Positions 1 to 12,914 of a stretch of DNA of 64,000 nt are shown one piece after another (position 1 is the stretch's first letter; each line of letters begins with the position of its first letter). This DNA comes from Tubiluchus corallicola. Its lineage: Eukaryota > Animalia > Priapulida. Made by a program: the position numbers and the translations under genes. The stretch is from the NCBI GenBank assembly GCA_030141605.1, contig JAQGDQ010000622.1:61410-125409 (forward strand). The letters are read 5' to 3'. The notes beneath the pieces were generated by a model. It worked only from the letters and a program-made list of their open reading frames with translations. It was not told the origin of the DNA and searched no databases.

Positions 1-473
1 TGTATGATACTTGTAAGTTACAAGGGATACTGGCTGATTGCTGTACCTTTGCATCTTTGATTGTTAACTGACTAAGCGTGATTTGCAACGAGAGCTTTAA
101 AAGGAGCTTCCAGAAATTCTTGGGTAACAGGTTAACATATTCAAAGCAAAACCGCTACACTACCATATTTGCACATGATAAACATACCTGCTTACAAACA
201 AAACGGTACTTAACATGATTGTTTCTACATATATTATAGTGCACAAAAGCCGAACAAAGATGACATAAAAATAGGAAAGGCTCTTTGGGCACATACAAAT
301 GTTTTATTTTAAGGACGTGAAGGAAAAATATTGAGTTAATTACGCGGAGTCATTTGAGTCAATTACCGACATTTTTTGTGTACATCTGAATAGAAGTGGC
401 CCGTACCAGGCGTTTTTGAGTCAATTAAACGACTGAGCTTATTAACTGTGAGTCTATTAAGCGGCGCCTACTG
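1..473. mobile_element. pogo/Tigger-like MITE (family A), right part
   Basis: Ends gtctattaagcggcgcctactg|TA; colinear with 50720-51212. Confidence 0.85.
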
Positions 474-1732
474 TAATATAAATGATCGGAATGCTTATCA
501 AAGCTTTCTCATTGGAAAATCGTTAGCGATAAATTCAGACGTAAAAAATCTGTTGCATTGTTTGTACTTAAATATTTTACATTTCTAAGCTATGAATAGG
601 TTGGCACAATATTAGTGCAGTAGCTATACAAGTTACAACAGATTAGATGCAATTCTGTCTTACAGTATGTCATAACATTAGTTAAATTTCAATCTAGTGT
701 GTCGACTACTGTTATGAACATTTCTGTTCTTTGCTAGTAGTTTATGCTCAATTGTCTTTCCAGTATTATAAATACAAAAGTAGTGATGAGTACATAGGGG
801 ATGTGGCCAGAAAAAATGGGCAGAGTTAGGCAAAATTGAGGCGAGGAATCTTTGCTTGGATGGGCCATTGCCTGTGAAATGTGAACAATGATTGCTGGAT
901 AGTCAGGTTTGGTCAATTTGGGGCTACAAGTCAAATCTCAGGTTTACCACACAGTTCATTTCCCGCATTTTTCGTCTACGCACCAGTTGCTATAGCAACA
1001 GCTTAACTCAATGTGCCTATTTTAGACACGCTGTCCTATGCTACAGCTAGCTATGTCCTACAGCATGGAAACGGGAAATTTTGTGTTGCAAAACCTGCTC
1101 AATTTAACATCTGGCAGCAGTAAATATCACATAATTAGCTTGATTATGACTAGTGTGTCAACAGCCATCAGTCTGCCAGGAAGTACCAGGTAGACTTACG
1201 TTGTAAATGACTTTTTCTTAGAATAAAACAGCACAATAAATAATCTTTTAGAGCATAAGAAAGGCAAAAAATTAGTGTTTAAGACAAAAAACAAGTATAT
1301 AGGACAAATTTAAATAGGTTTAAAATTTGTTAATTCTAAATTTACATTTGTAAAGACACTGTAATTTAATTTTCTTGTGTCTCGTGCATTTCTCAAATAG
1401 AAGCTAACATTAAATTGTCAGTTTGCCAAAAATTAGTAACTTGAAATGCTTTGAACCTATTTAATGTGATTAGTAGCGATTATGTTCTACTTAGGCAGAT
1501 GAATATAAAACGTGGAAAACGAGAAGAAAGTTGAATTTTCTGCTCAGAATAAACTTTTTGTTATAATTGTAAAAATATACCGTCGCTTGAATTTTAATAA
1601 ACTGAATGAGATGGAGAACACATCCGGCAAGCGTAGTCTTTTCCTTCAAATATACAATAAAATAAAGTGATATTGTATGCACTGCTGACCCATATGTGAT
1701 AAATCTAAACCTAAGTAAAACCTCTATAATAC

Positions 1733-1923
1733 CTGCAGTCAAGCCTCCATCTTCTGCTGTGCCAGAGCGATAATACACTTTATAATCATGATTTCTAGGT
1801 ACTGCCCATACACCCTGTTCTCCAACAGAAACCAAAGTCCAAGTATAACCAGAAATTTGTTCCCAATGTGTTCCAGCAAGGTCAGTGCCCGTCATTCCAG
1901 CTCTTCTGTACATGGTACCATCC
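1733..1923 (-). CDS. Tectonin gene exon 4
   Basis: ttcttctag| acceptor, G|GTATTA donor; DGTMYRRAG...WEQISG...VSVGEQGVWAV. Confidence 0.85.
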
Positions 1924-4900
1924 CTAGAAGAAACAACAAATTTCACTAAGCATTAATTAAAAATTGATTATTATGCTAATATTTTTCAAAATGCTAAAAA
2001 TTTGAAAACGTTAATGCTTACAATTTTTTTTAAGAAAAAAGGTATAAAAATGTGATACCAGTCAGTAATATGTCGGTTACTTGAAATATTTTACAAGTTA
2101 TAGTGCTCATTGTCATTAGACTAGAGAAAAAAGAGAACACTAAAGAAGAAGAAGAGAATTCCAAACAGCCACCCATTTCAAAGGTATATTAGCCCCCCCC
2201 CCCCAAAAGAGGTCATCGCAAGAAGAAAAAAAATGAAATATAGCGTGAAAGAAACGGTGAACCAGAACTGAAAGACAGCTGTAAAAGGTACACAGAAAAG
2301 ATATTAACATAAAAATCCCCAAAGCCTCAGAAGCAAAATGTGTCACATGAGGAGAAACTTCAAAGGTGCAGCAGCAATAAGTGATCAGCTGCAAAGAAAA
2401 ATGTCACAGCGTACTCGTCAATTCCCCAAAGTGCCAGATCATTTGCATCGTTGACACTAATCATCTTCATGACAACCGCATCTTCCGAATGACTCGTTAC
2501 TTCACCTTGTGGTCTGTCCGCTGAAATATCTGTAAATAACAATATCAGACCAGTCCGAAAAGAGCAGCCAGACATCTACAAGCAAATATTTAATATAATT
2601 ATAATATATCTTTTGATAATATTATTTACTATCACTTAGTTATTATCCTCATGCATGAGGTGCTAGTAATAAACATCTACCTGCAGTTTTTAAAAATTCT
2701 GTGAAACTTAAAATAAAGAATTATAACATGCGGTTTACATGCATAATATGTCACCAATGCTGCAAGACATTTTATTCACTTTGTGAAATTAAACAGATTT
2801 CATAACCCTAACTCATTTAGAAAAGTACTTTATATGACTTATAAGTATAATGAAACGGTAAAACATTATAATAATGTTAACCACATACTAAGCGTACATG
2901 CTCTGTAACGTTATTATTGGTTAAATTAAGTTAGTCATTGCTTTTAGCATTCTTTGATTTTAACTCATTTGAGGGTTACCTTGTCTCTTTTTTCTTTTTA
3001 CACTATGTCACCTATGTGTCTACTCAAGTTATTTTCCTCATCGAAATAATTCTATAGTAATTTATTTACATTACCCAGTATAATAACTGCATATTCACCA
3101 GAACTGTAATTGTTGCAATATCCTGTTATCTGTACATTTCTTTTGCATGGTAACCGCTAAATTTTTGGATTTATATACTTTGGCCATTACAAATTTTATA
3201 GTGTTTGGAATGCAAAATTAAGCTAAACCAGGACAAAACAACACAAACCAAGCTGAATAATGGCAAACCGAACAAAACCAAGTATAACGGCTATAGTATA
3301 ACCAAGTATAAAACCAAGTATAACGAACAAAACCGTCGCATGGTTGCTATTTTGCACTAATGGTGATTGAATTCAACGGAGATTATAAAAATGTCATAAA
3401 TCTGACTTAATGTTTAACCACAGGAAATTTATTACGTAATTATCCATGTAACCACATCCAGCAGCGCTTCAGATCTCAGACCACAATATAATAATCAGAT
3501 TTTACAATCGCAAAAAGTAATAATCTCGTAAACTCGTATAACAAGTCACATTTTAACAGGCATCCATTTACGTCGTCTGCCCAGCAGTAGAACAATGCAT
3601 CATTCCCTACACAACCGCCAAAGAGGAGGGCAGTACAGTCCAATATAGGAATACATTGAGACAGAGCAGTTACACCAAGAATAAGCCAAACAAAATCAAG
3701 TTAAACTAATCCCAGCCAAATAAAACAAGGAATCAAAAAAGTGTGCTTAATTGCATGGTTGTCCACCTTCGACCCTTGTCACGAATTTACAAGAAAATCG
3801 GAACATTGGAATTTGCAAATACAACTTATTGCACCTGATGAGCATGTGTATGACTAGTTTTATAACCCAAAAGAGGAAGCAACAGTTGTACTGTGAGGCA
3901 TTATTGTTTTTGCAGAATTTGTAAAAAACTTTTCAGGCTAAATGCTCTGAAAGTAAATTTAAAAATTGAAATTTATTAATTTACAGAACATAATGTCACG
4001 ACTAATAAGCACTTTTAGAAGCACTTTACAATTTACATTAATAGTCATGAACATTTACAATAAAAACAGTGTGCACGTGGTATTATAGTCTGCATACAAG
4101 CTGAACTGATATACACAATAAATATTGTCAGAAATAAAAATAATATTATTAAAAATATATAATATTAATAATACATTTTGTAATAATATTATCATATAAT
4201 ATTAAAAATAAAACTACTCATTCATATAATAATAAAGCACAATTATAAGAAAAAAGACATGAAATGTAGTGTCAAAGTGAAAAATCACAGATAAAAGACT
4301 CGACAAAATAAATGTTTTTTAGGACTTCCTTAAACTTCTGTAAATTCGAACAATTTCTCAGCTAAACAGATAGCGAGTTCCAAAATTTAGGAGCAAGGGA
4401 CGAAAAAAAACCATCTGCTGGAAAGTGCGTTTTTTCATTGAGTGGTACATTGAGCTCAAAGTATTAGAATGAAGCTCTTGCTGCACCTATATTTCTTGGA
4501 TAGAGTCGCAGCTGTAATCTTTCCTGTAAATAAGCCAGTGCCTGACCATGAATCAATTGTAAAAACCAAGACTTCAAAGACCCAACTAAATTTTATTGTA
4601 ACCTCTGAATGTTAATAGAATCGAGTAAGAAAAACAAAAAAAATGGTTTACTTACACTTCAACACGTGAAATTGTAAAAAAACTGAAAAAACCGAAATAC
4701 AATTTGAGTGAAACAAACTTTTCCAAGATACATCAACACAAACCAGTAAACATTGTGCTTTGTGGAAAGAGGCGCCATTGTGGTACTGATACAGGGTACA
4801 GCCCATCATTGGAACAATCCAATACATTGCTAACGACACTACCCAACTGGTACATGGCAAAAATGGGAATTGAATAAACAATGCACCATGCAACAGAAAA

Positions 4901-5701
4901 TGTAACGCTTTACCGATTGGCATTACCTGTCATAACGTAGAATTCATTACCAGATGTGACATAAATAACATTTTCCCCGACTGCAGCCCTTTCGAACGCA
5001 GCATCTGCAGCTATGCTTATCCAATTCAAACCACCAGAGCCAACATTGTGATATGTGCCATTACGAAATAGCAAACCTCTTTCTTCAGTTTGTACCCAAA
5101 CACCAGCTCTGCCAACAAAAATATCTACTGCATCTCCAGCATCTGACAGCTGTTTCCATGACGAACCGATAAAGCCAGCTAAAACATTTCACCAACATCG
5201 TTAAAATGTAATGGTAAATAGCATGTTAGCACATAGTACAAAAAATTAAGTCTGAATTAAATTAGCTTCATTATTCAATCTCTGTGAAACAGAGAAATTA
5301 GGAAAAATAAAGAAATGAGAATCTTCCTAACAAAATTAAGCACTCAGTTTCGATCTGACATGTATATCATCAATGCACAACAAAATTATGCAATGCATAT
5401 GTAGGCCTATACATATTATAACAATGTGTATAATAACTGTATAATGCATATGCAAAGGCACCGATGTACACTCTCATTCAGGACCCATTCATTCTCTGGA
5501 CACAAAATTCCTTGGATAATAATAATTTAAATGACCAAGGAGAATTAGTTAATATATGAAAAAACATTTGAAAAAGTTGCATTGTTGGTGTGCTACTGTG
5601 ATTTGCTTATATATAATTAATAGCAATATAATATTATTAGATTATATGATTATTATGTTATATTATTATAACAAAACTATATAATTAGCAATACATATTT
5701 A

Positions 5702-5758
<57 letters not shown>

Positions 5759-6419
5759 TATATAGGTACACACTAACACATATAGCTTGGAGCTGGTATT
5801 ATAGTAAAAGCCCATGTGCACCAAAAATAGTATTCTTTGGCCAATACAAGCAAAATTAGTTATCACATAAAAAACTAGGTTTGAAAATCTTGCACTGGTT
5901 AATAAGCCAATTAGACTTGTTAATTAATGTTACTTTTTATGTTCATTAAAATCAAGTTGGGCGAAGTGTATATAACAGTCTAATAATGCCTATAAAACAC
6001 TGGATTTTTACTAGTATCTAATTGTGAAATTGGTGGCTCAAAACCAGACTCACATTCATTTTAAATTTCTTTATTTCAGGCAACATGTCGTTTCACAAAC
6101 TTTAAACTGCAGTTTTAACCCATTTTAAGGTAGTAACACTAAAACCAGGATAACAAAAATGCATGTGTAGTTGGCTATGTTGCTATAAATAATTAATACT
6201 ACCTGTTATGAAATCTAAAATTTTTAAGTGATTGATTAAGTAAATGATGGCTTACAAATTACAAATTAATAATCTAGCTCACTGTAGCACAAAATTTAAA
6301 ATAAAAACGCAAAATTATTTTAAATATTACCATTACTATGAAAATATAACAAGCTTACCATTTAAGTAATGCAAATCAACTAAAAATAAAAACAACGCCA
6401 GCGTAATTGTCGAACTCAT
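1733..6419 (-). CDS. Secreted tectonin (tachylectin/Hyd_WA-type) beta-propeller lectin, 3'-partial; exons 6419-6359, 5178-4927, 2529-2415, 1923-1733
   Basis: Four GT-AG exons join in frame (phases 1,1,2,1): MSSTITLALFLFLVDLHYLN-A-GFIGSSWKQLSDAGDAVDIFVGRAGVWV...YVMT-D-ISADRPQG...ISVNDANDLALWGIDE-DGTMYRRAG...GTHWEQISG...VSVGEQGVWAV...KVYYRSG. The recurring W-x-Q-I-x-G / ISVG / VWAV / YR-x-G pattern is characteristic of tectonin repeats. Confidence 0.85.
2415..2529 (-). CDS. Tectonin gene exon 3
   Basis: tttacag| acceptor (an in-frame alternative AG lies 9 nt downstream), GA|GTACGC donor; ISADRPQG...ISVND..LWGIDE. Confidence 0.8.
4305..4580 (-). mobile_element. Decayed 3' fragment of an L2/CR1-type LINE
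   Basis: Minus strand reads HGQALAYLQERL...FSSLAPKFWNSL...NLQKFKEVLK with stops, a typical ORF2 C-terminus. Confidence 0.7.
4927..5178 (-). CDS. Tectonin gene exon 2
   Basis: tttag| acceptor, 252 nt open, G|GTAATG donor; two propeller blades (SWKQL..VGRAGVWV..FRNG; NWISI..AVGENVIYV). Confidence 0.85.
5705..5756. repeat. (TA)n microsatellite
   Basis: About 25 TA units. Confidence 0.95.
6359..6419 (-). CDS. Tectonin gene exon 1 (signal peptide)
   Basis: ATG, hydrophobic TITLALFLFLV, donor G|GTAAGC in phase 1, matching exon 2. Confidence 0.7.
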
Positions 6420-6974
6420 GTCGCTTACGAAGTGCGTGCAGTAACACAAACCACAACTATGGTAAGCGAGAAATGATCTGACTTTGTTGACAAGAAAAAG
6501 CTGATTAAATGTGCAGAGCACTGAGAGTGTCATAGTGATGCTGACAATCCCATGGAAATAAGCTCATAAACAATTAACAAGCAACATCGCCAGTCAACAT
6601 GTTTATTTATTCAAGGCATTGCGATAATTACAATTACTGAACACAAGACAAATATGATATGCAGGTAATAAAGTGGCGTCAGACATCCGCAGACTGAAGC
6701 AGCATTCTCAAACTACAAGTATGCGGTAAGATTGCGAAACAGCCGTAGTCATAAAACAAGGCAAGACATGAATATATGTACACCATGTGTTTCAGGGTCC
6801 CGGTTATCAAGTTAAAACCACCAAACCAAATCTTGGTGATGCTAAACCTTAAACTATATGTTGACCTATAAGGCTAAAAGTAAAAACTAGAATGCTCAAT
6901 ACTGAATTACACATTCTGAGTTTGGAGTACTCCGCTCGAAAAAAGTGTTAGGGAAGAATTACTTTTTGCACACT

Positions 6975-7403
6975 CAGGGTTCCCACAGAATTTGAAAATA
7001 AATTTTCCTGACTCTTCCATGACTTTTCCTTGACCAAATATTGATTTTCCATGACCAGGATAAGCAGAAATTGCATTACTAGTATACACATATTCCAACA
7101 TTTTTGTGTATGACATTCATATATATATACTGATATATAATGTGTCAGGCTAATCATAATTTTTGGAACAGAAATTGAAACTGTGAGTCTGCCATAGCAA
7201 AATTTCATTTGAACACGAATCACTGAAAAATATGTTTGGAAAAACATCGGTTCACGGTGAATATTTTTGCAACCCTTTCTCATTTCCCTGGCTTTTTGCC
7301 CCATTTTCATCATTTTCCCTGACTTTTTAACAAATTATCTTTTTCGCTGACTTTGCAGGATAGCCTGTACTTTCAAGGATTTTCCCTGACAGTGGGAACC
7401 CTG
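6975..7403. mobile_element. hAT-like MITE with 5-bp TSD
   Basis: TIR cagggttcccac / gtgggaaccctg; ACACT on both flanks; internal ccctgac/ccatgac repeats. Confidence 0.8.
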
Positions 7404-7499
7404 ACACTGTAGTGCAGTCCTCGCTCTTCCGTGAGCTTGCTGATGGGAGAATGTTTAAAGCAAAGCAGGTTGAGACACTGATGTTAACAATAAATTACA

Positions 7500-7921
7500 A
7501 AAAATTAGTTTTTATTGTCCTATCAATATTATTCTAGGAATATCATCATCGTATCGAACATTGGTATTGCTGCATATCGTTCATCTTTATAAAAGCATTT
7601 CACTTTGCTTTTTCATTTATGCACTAGAATTATGAAATACCATCACACCAGTACGACAACATACACACTAATTCAGAATTCATATATCCACGGCCATATG
7701 AATTAAATCATAGTTTTTTCATTTGTGCATAGTTGTAAATATGTTTGATTTTATTCGTCGTTACTTTCCATTACTGCACAGTAGTTTAGATTGCACTGAC
7801 GCATTTGCCTTCAGCAGTGTAAGTTTTTATTAACTAACACTGATTGATTATCTCTGTAAAGTTTTTATCAGTGATTATCAATGTATTTTAATGGCAAATA
7901 AAGATTATATATATATATATT
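7500..7921 (+). mobile_element. Decayed LINE 3' end related to the element at 60118
   Basis: tgcactgacgcatttg..cagtgt and ttttaatggcaaataaaga(ta)n match the reverse complement of 60120-60250; 7505-7615 also resembles 58085-58195. Confidence 0.65.
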
Positions 7922-9578
7922 CTCAACAGACATGTAAAAACTTTCAAGTTTGCAACCTAGACAGTCCACTTTCATAAAAAGCAGTAAGTTAATTAAGTAA
8001 ATTTTTTGGACTCGAACAATAAAATTATCAGTGAAATTATTAGTATTGCTTCTTTCAAGTACAGTAGTTTGTATCTGAAATAAACTAAGAACCAGGGATT
8101 CAAAACGTGCATAATTATTACACGTATCTCACATAATGACAATGATATATACCAGTATAAGTATGTTACATTAGTAAGGTATAGATAGGGTTGGCCTACT
8201 GCATAATAACCTCTAACATACGGTCCAGTTGCATTTTAGTAATATTTAATCATTATACAATGATGGAGATGTGCAGGCTAGATTCTACATTGCCAAAATT
8301 TATGTTTGTGATAGTAAATAATACGAAAAATGAATTACAGACAAATCTCTTTATACAACCTGCTTTGGGATTGCAAAAAGATGGCATTATAATGAGGTAT
8401 ATTAATACATCATTACATGTATGGATATTTTGTTTTGCTAAAAGTTTGGGCATTAAACGAGGTTAGCATTGCAAAGGGTGGCACGTTGTAACAAGGTATG
8501 ACTGTATACTGTATGACTGTATGACTATACACTAGGACATCAGGATATCGTCAATAAAGAAGTCACTGGGAGATAACATAAGTCATATTTTCTTGATTAC
8601 AAAATGGTTTAATCAAAAACTCATGGACGTAAGCATTGTGCATTTTTTTTTCTATAAACGAAACTAGACTATATATTTCCACTAATTCATTTGACTAATT
8701 TCAATTGACAATAATAAAATCTAGAACCAGGCCAATATTTCTCCTGCTATAATTAATGAAAAGTTGAGCATTTTTTATAACAGCATTAGACAGAGCTGTA
8801 GCTAAATGTCCGAATGTACCTGCGTTAATTAAGCTCTGCAGGGGTGCGAAATAACTTGCACGCTGATTCAGCAGTCAACGAAACTGATTGACATTATGTT
8901 AAACGTCACTTGTCCTACTTCGACTAGTGACCTACTCCGCTCCCAACAACTACACCTTACATAATAATATGCTTCATTTGAATTTTGTAATATTTCTAAA
9001 AACTCGCGCATGTATAAAAAATGTTGATGGCATCGGGTTGCCTTGTTGACAACTGATGTGACTTATTTTTTCAGCTTTTATTCGCCTCAAAATGCCATTT
9101 TTTTGAAAGTTCACAGTTTTCAATAAGCTTCGCTAGGTGGCACGTCTGTTATACTGGTTACTATGGTGACTGCCCGCCAACATGCCACGCATGCGTATAT
9201 ATAACACGTGTTTTAGCGAGATGTGAGAGTGTAATTTTGAGTAAATTTTGAAAGTATTTAATGAAATGTGTTATTAATTGCTTGTGTGAGAGTAGGCCTA
9301 TTAACGTACAGAATCTTACAAACAGCTCTTGTGTAAAGGAGAGAGAATTTGTGTGAACATTTTGTCGATATTCATTCTGGGTGTTGTGTTCGTTACTTTT
9401 CAAAAGTAATCTGTCTTGATTACTATTTACGTTAGAAAATTGTAACGAAATTACTCATTACTGACTTTTAGCAAGGGTAATCACTTACTGATTACTCATT
9501 ACTTTTGGGTGGTAGTTTTAATAGTGCTCTAATGAAAAGTGTTCATCTGTTTTGCAGATATATTATATATATTAATTA

Positions 9579-10310
9579 GGCGCTATTACACTTTCGCACC
9601 GCCTAGCTTTTCTTGGCCTATTGGTTGTTTTCACGCCTGCAGGCCAGAAAGCAGACCAACAGGCGTAATATACACCATATTCCCATAATATTATTGCTTC
9701 TTACGCTTTATAAGTACAGATTAAAATCATGCATTACTTACCCACCGCCGCCATTAAAAGCTGCACGTGAATAACCGTGTTTACACCACTGATGCGCAAT
9801 CGCTCTCGCGCAGTGACGTGTTTGGCCCTTAACCTGTATTTGTAGTTTCTTCGCATAATTTATGATTATTAGGGTTGCAGCTACGGGAATTTGTATCGTA
9901 TCGCGGGTGGGCCTGGAACGGAACAGTTATTTATCATTAATTTTATTTATTACTGTAGTATTATTACTATTAGATTATAAAAAAGTAAAGGTTTTTTCTT
10001 TCTTTCGTAAATGCGGTGAAGATGAAAGTGTGTCACGTGCCTCTTAAGCTAGGCCCTGATAATGCATAAACTAGTACGAAATTTGTCACGTGACTACACA
10101 CACAAACAAGATGGCGATACGCCCTGTATAGGTGTAGAACTGTGAATACAGCGTAATTATTGGTAATTATACCTAAATATATTATTAAATTACAATTAGA
10201 TTAGCGGAAAGATTCACTGATGACGTAAGAATAATAGAATGATGACTTACGAGCCTACAAACGAGTAATAACCTATAAAAAGCTAGGCGGTGCGAAAGTG
10301 TAATAGCGCC
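9579..10310. mobile_element. MITE with perfect 33-bp TIRs
   Basis: ggcgctattacactttcgcaccgcctagctttt / aaaagctaggcggtgcgaaagtgtaatagcgcc; TA flanks (TSD ambiguous in AT-rich context). Confidence 0.88.
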
Positions 10311-12847
10311 TATTAATTATATTATAATAATTTTTAATATATTTAAGTTTACGCAAAAGGTGTACTGCATAGTGTTAAACTGTTATATTTACTTCTTCTG
10401 CCATTACAAAATTAAAATAAATGCTCTCTTGCCATTTGTCAAAAGCTCCTGCTTGCTAAGATCACCATGACGTCGGATCTTTGTCACTGATAGCGATTGC
10501 AAACAACTGTACACACAATAGTGTTCAGCAGTGTTACTTTACTGGGCCAGGGACTACTAAATATACACAGAGAAGTCCTTGACTGGTCCTGGGCCTTCAC
10601 TATACTATATTGGCCTATAGTATACGCACTGTGCATGACTAAGTATTGAGTGCATAAAACAATAGCTGCAGCTGTAAAAGTCAGTCAGTCTGAATGTCAA
10701 ATAATTAGGTCATTATTTGAGCAAAGTAATAAACCACCCCATGGAATTTGCGTGCAGGCGTTGCGTGTCAGAGATATACAAAAGAAAGGCAGCAAAACGA
10801 CCACAAAATAGCCTATGTTTAAAATGTCTTTCTATGGATATAAGTAATGCAAGTTTAGTAGCGTTATTGCCAAAGCAACGAGTCATCTGATTACAAGGGT
10901 AAGCAGATTAATTGCATTGTATTACTTGTTACTATGAAAAGTAAGCTGATTGCAGTAATGTGCTGCCATCTAACATTGGTCATTCATTGCAAATGGCGAT
11001 ATCATATTATCATGATTAGCTCACCAGTTGCCACATCAATTTAAAAATAATAATACTGTTAGGTAAGCCTGGGTATTGTTTTTTTAGGTTTATGCCTTTT
11101 TCACAGCTAGCCCTTGTCATGCATTACCAAAATTTTGAACGTGTTATTCATCATAGTGAAAATTACACTGAGTGTCGGGAAACTAATAAGCTTTTGCATT
11201 TATGACTTAATATGTCATCATATCATTTGTTTTTATGCCTAACACCAAAATCGTGTTAGTTTTGCAAATTTTAACCATTCAAATAGGAAGGAGTGTCAAA
11301 AAACACATCATTGAGTTCACTACCCCAGCCAAATTTACTAGATGGATATAAGTTTTCTCTCTTTTAAAATCAAAATGGTGTTAAATCCCTGTAAGATAGT
11401 TAGCCAAATTACTTTCGAATTTTTTCCTGTATTTCCTTTTTATACTTTTTATTTATGTTTTTGACAGTTTCCCCAGAATAAGCCTTTCACATAATTGACA
11501 AAATGTATCCTTTATTGTAGATGAGAGCTGTTGCAGGATGTAGAATAATTTAGTGATTGGGCCGACCACAAAAAAAATTGTTTTTGTCTTACCTCATGAG
11601 CTCAAAAATATTATTAGGGAAGAAGGAAGATTTTTTAAGCTTTGTGAATGTTTAAAGCTGAATCGCTAAATCGTGGAATATTTAAGAACTGTTGAAATAA
11701 AGTTATTTTCCACTGGTTAGCAGTGATGTTCTACATTTTTTCAATGCACATTTTTCAAACTTTTTTTTACTTTTGCATCACTAAATTATCATATAATTAT
11801 CAATTATTGTATAGCCTCTTTTTATATCACGAACATGTACGTTCTAATAATTATGGAATAAGCAGCCACACTACTCGGCCATTAATACACCGATTTGGCG
11901 GAAAATCCCATACTTTTTAGCCTCTAATACAATGAGCAATCTACAAAATGGCAACTCTGGCCGAGAGTTAGCCATGGAAAAACATGGCCGCATCCTGCGT
12001 TCCCCTGAAAGACCAATGTTATAATAATTATTGCATTTTACATTTTAAATTAATAAAAATACGCTTTTATGTGACTGCATCAAGTAAGCATATAAACTTA
12101 CAAGAAAAAGTATGAATTTCCCAGGGAGGTTCGCAAAAAAATTTTACCCAGGCAATTAGACGGAAACAAAAGAATTTTGATTAGCACCCTTGTCATAGTG
12201 TCAGCAGTGCAATGAATCTGCTTTTGTGGCAAAAGGAGAAAAATGTGACTAAAAGAGGGACGGTCTGATACCTTGACGTTAAAAATAACACTTAATTGAC
12301 AACTTTATTAAAAATGAAGTATTGAAGTTGTATTTGAATGGAATTGTATAGACTAAGTGATGGCAGCTCAGCAGCGTTTAGAACTGATTCAACAACGTCA
12401 GTAATTTTTGCTTTTTGTATCCACTTGAAAGTTGAATGGGGGTGGTGCAGAGTAAAATGGAAATGGAAATTGCCAAATGTGAAACATTGATTGGTGCATG
12501 GGGAGACACTGCCTTCTTATTTCACATCCATTTAGCGTGATGTTTTATAAATCACACTATATGTGGGGCTGCATGCAGAATATTAGCAATGATACCAATA
12601 ATGCATTCAGTGGGGTACACTTGTAGTAAAATACCCAGTAATATTGTTTTTGTTATTTTTCTATAGAGAACATCAACAAATGCGCCTTTTTTGTTGAAAT
12701 CTGAGAAATCTAGACAACTGTGTACTTTTGTTGCCTATATAAGTCACCAGGGATGTGTGTTACTATGTTTATTGACAGCCTGAATATTGTTACATAAAGA
12801 GAATTGTAGTAATTCCTTTTTGGGACAAATTTCACTCTAATCCTGAT

Positions 12848-12914
12848 ATGACAGTCATCTCAGCTATCTTAAGCGTCACGTGTGCTACTTACTTCTTCGC
12901 CAGCTCGTATGCAG
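12848..12914 (+). CDS. Receptor exon 1, signal peptide
   Basis: MTVISAILSVTCATYFFASSYA, S-Y-A cleavage motif, donor G|GTAATT in phase 1. Confidence 0.8.
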
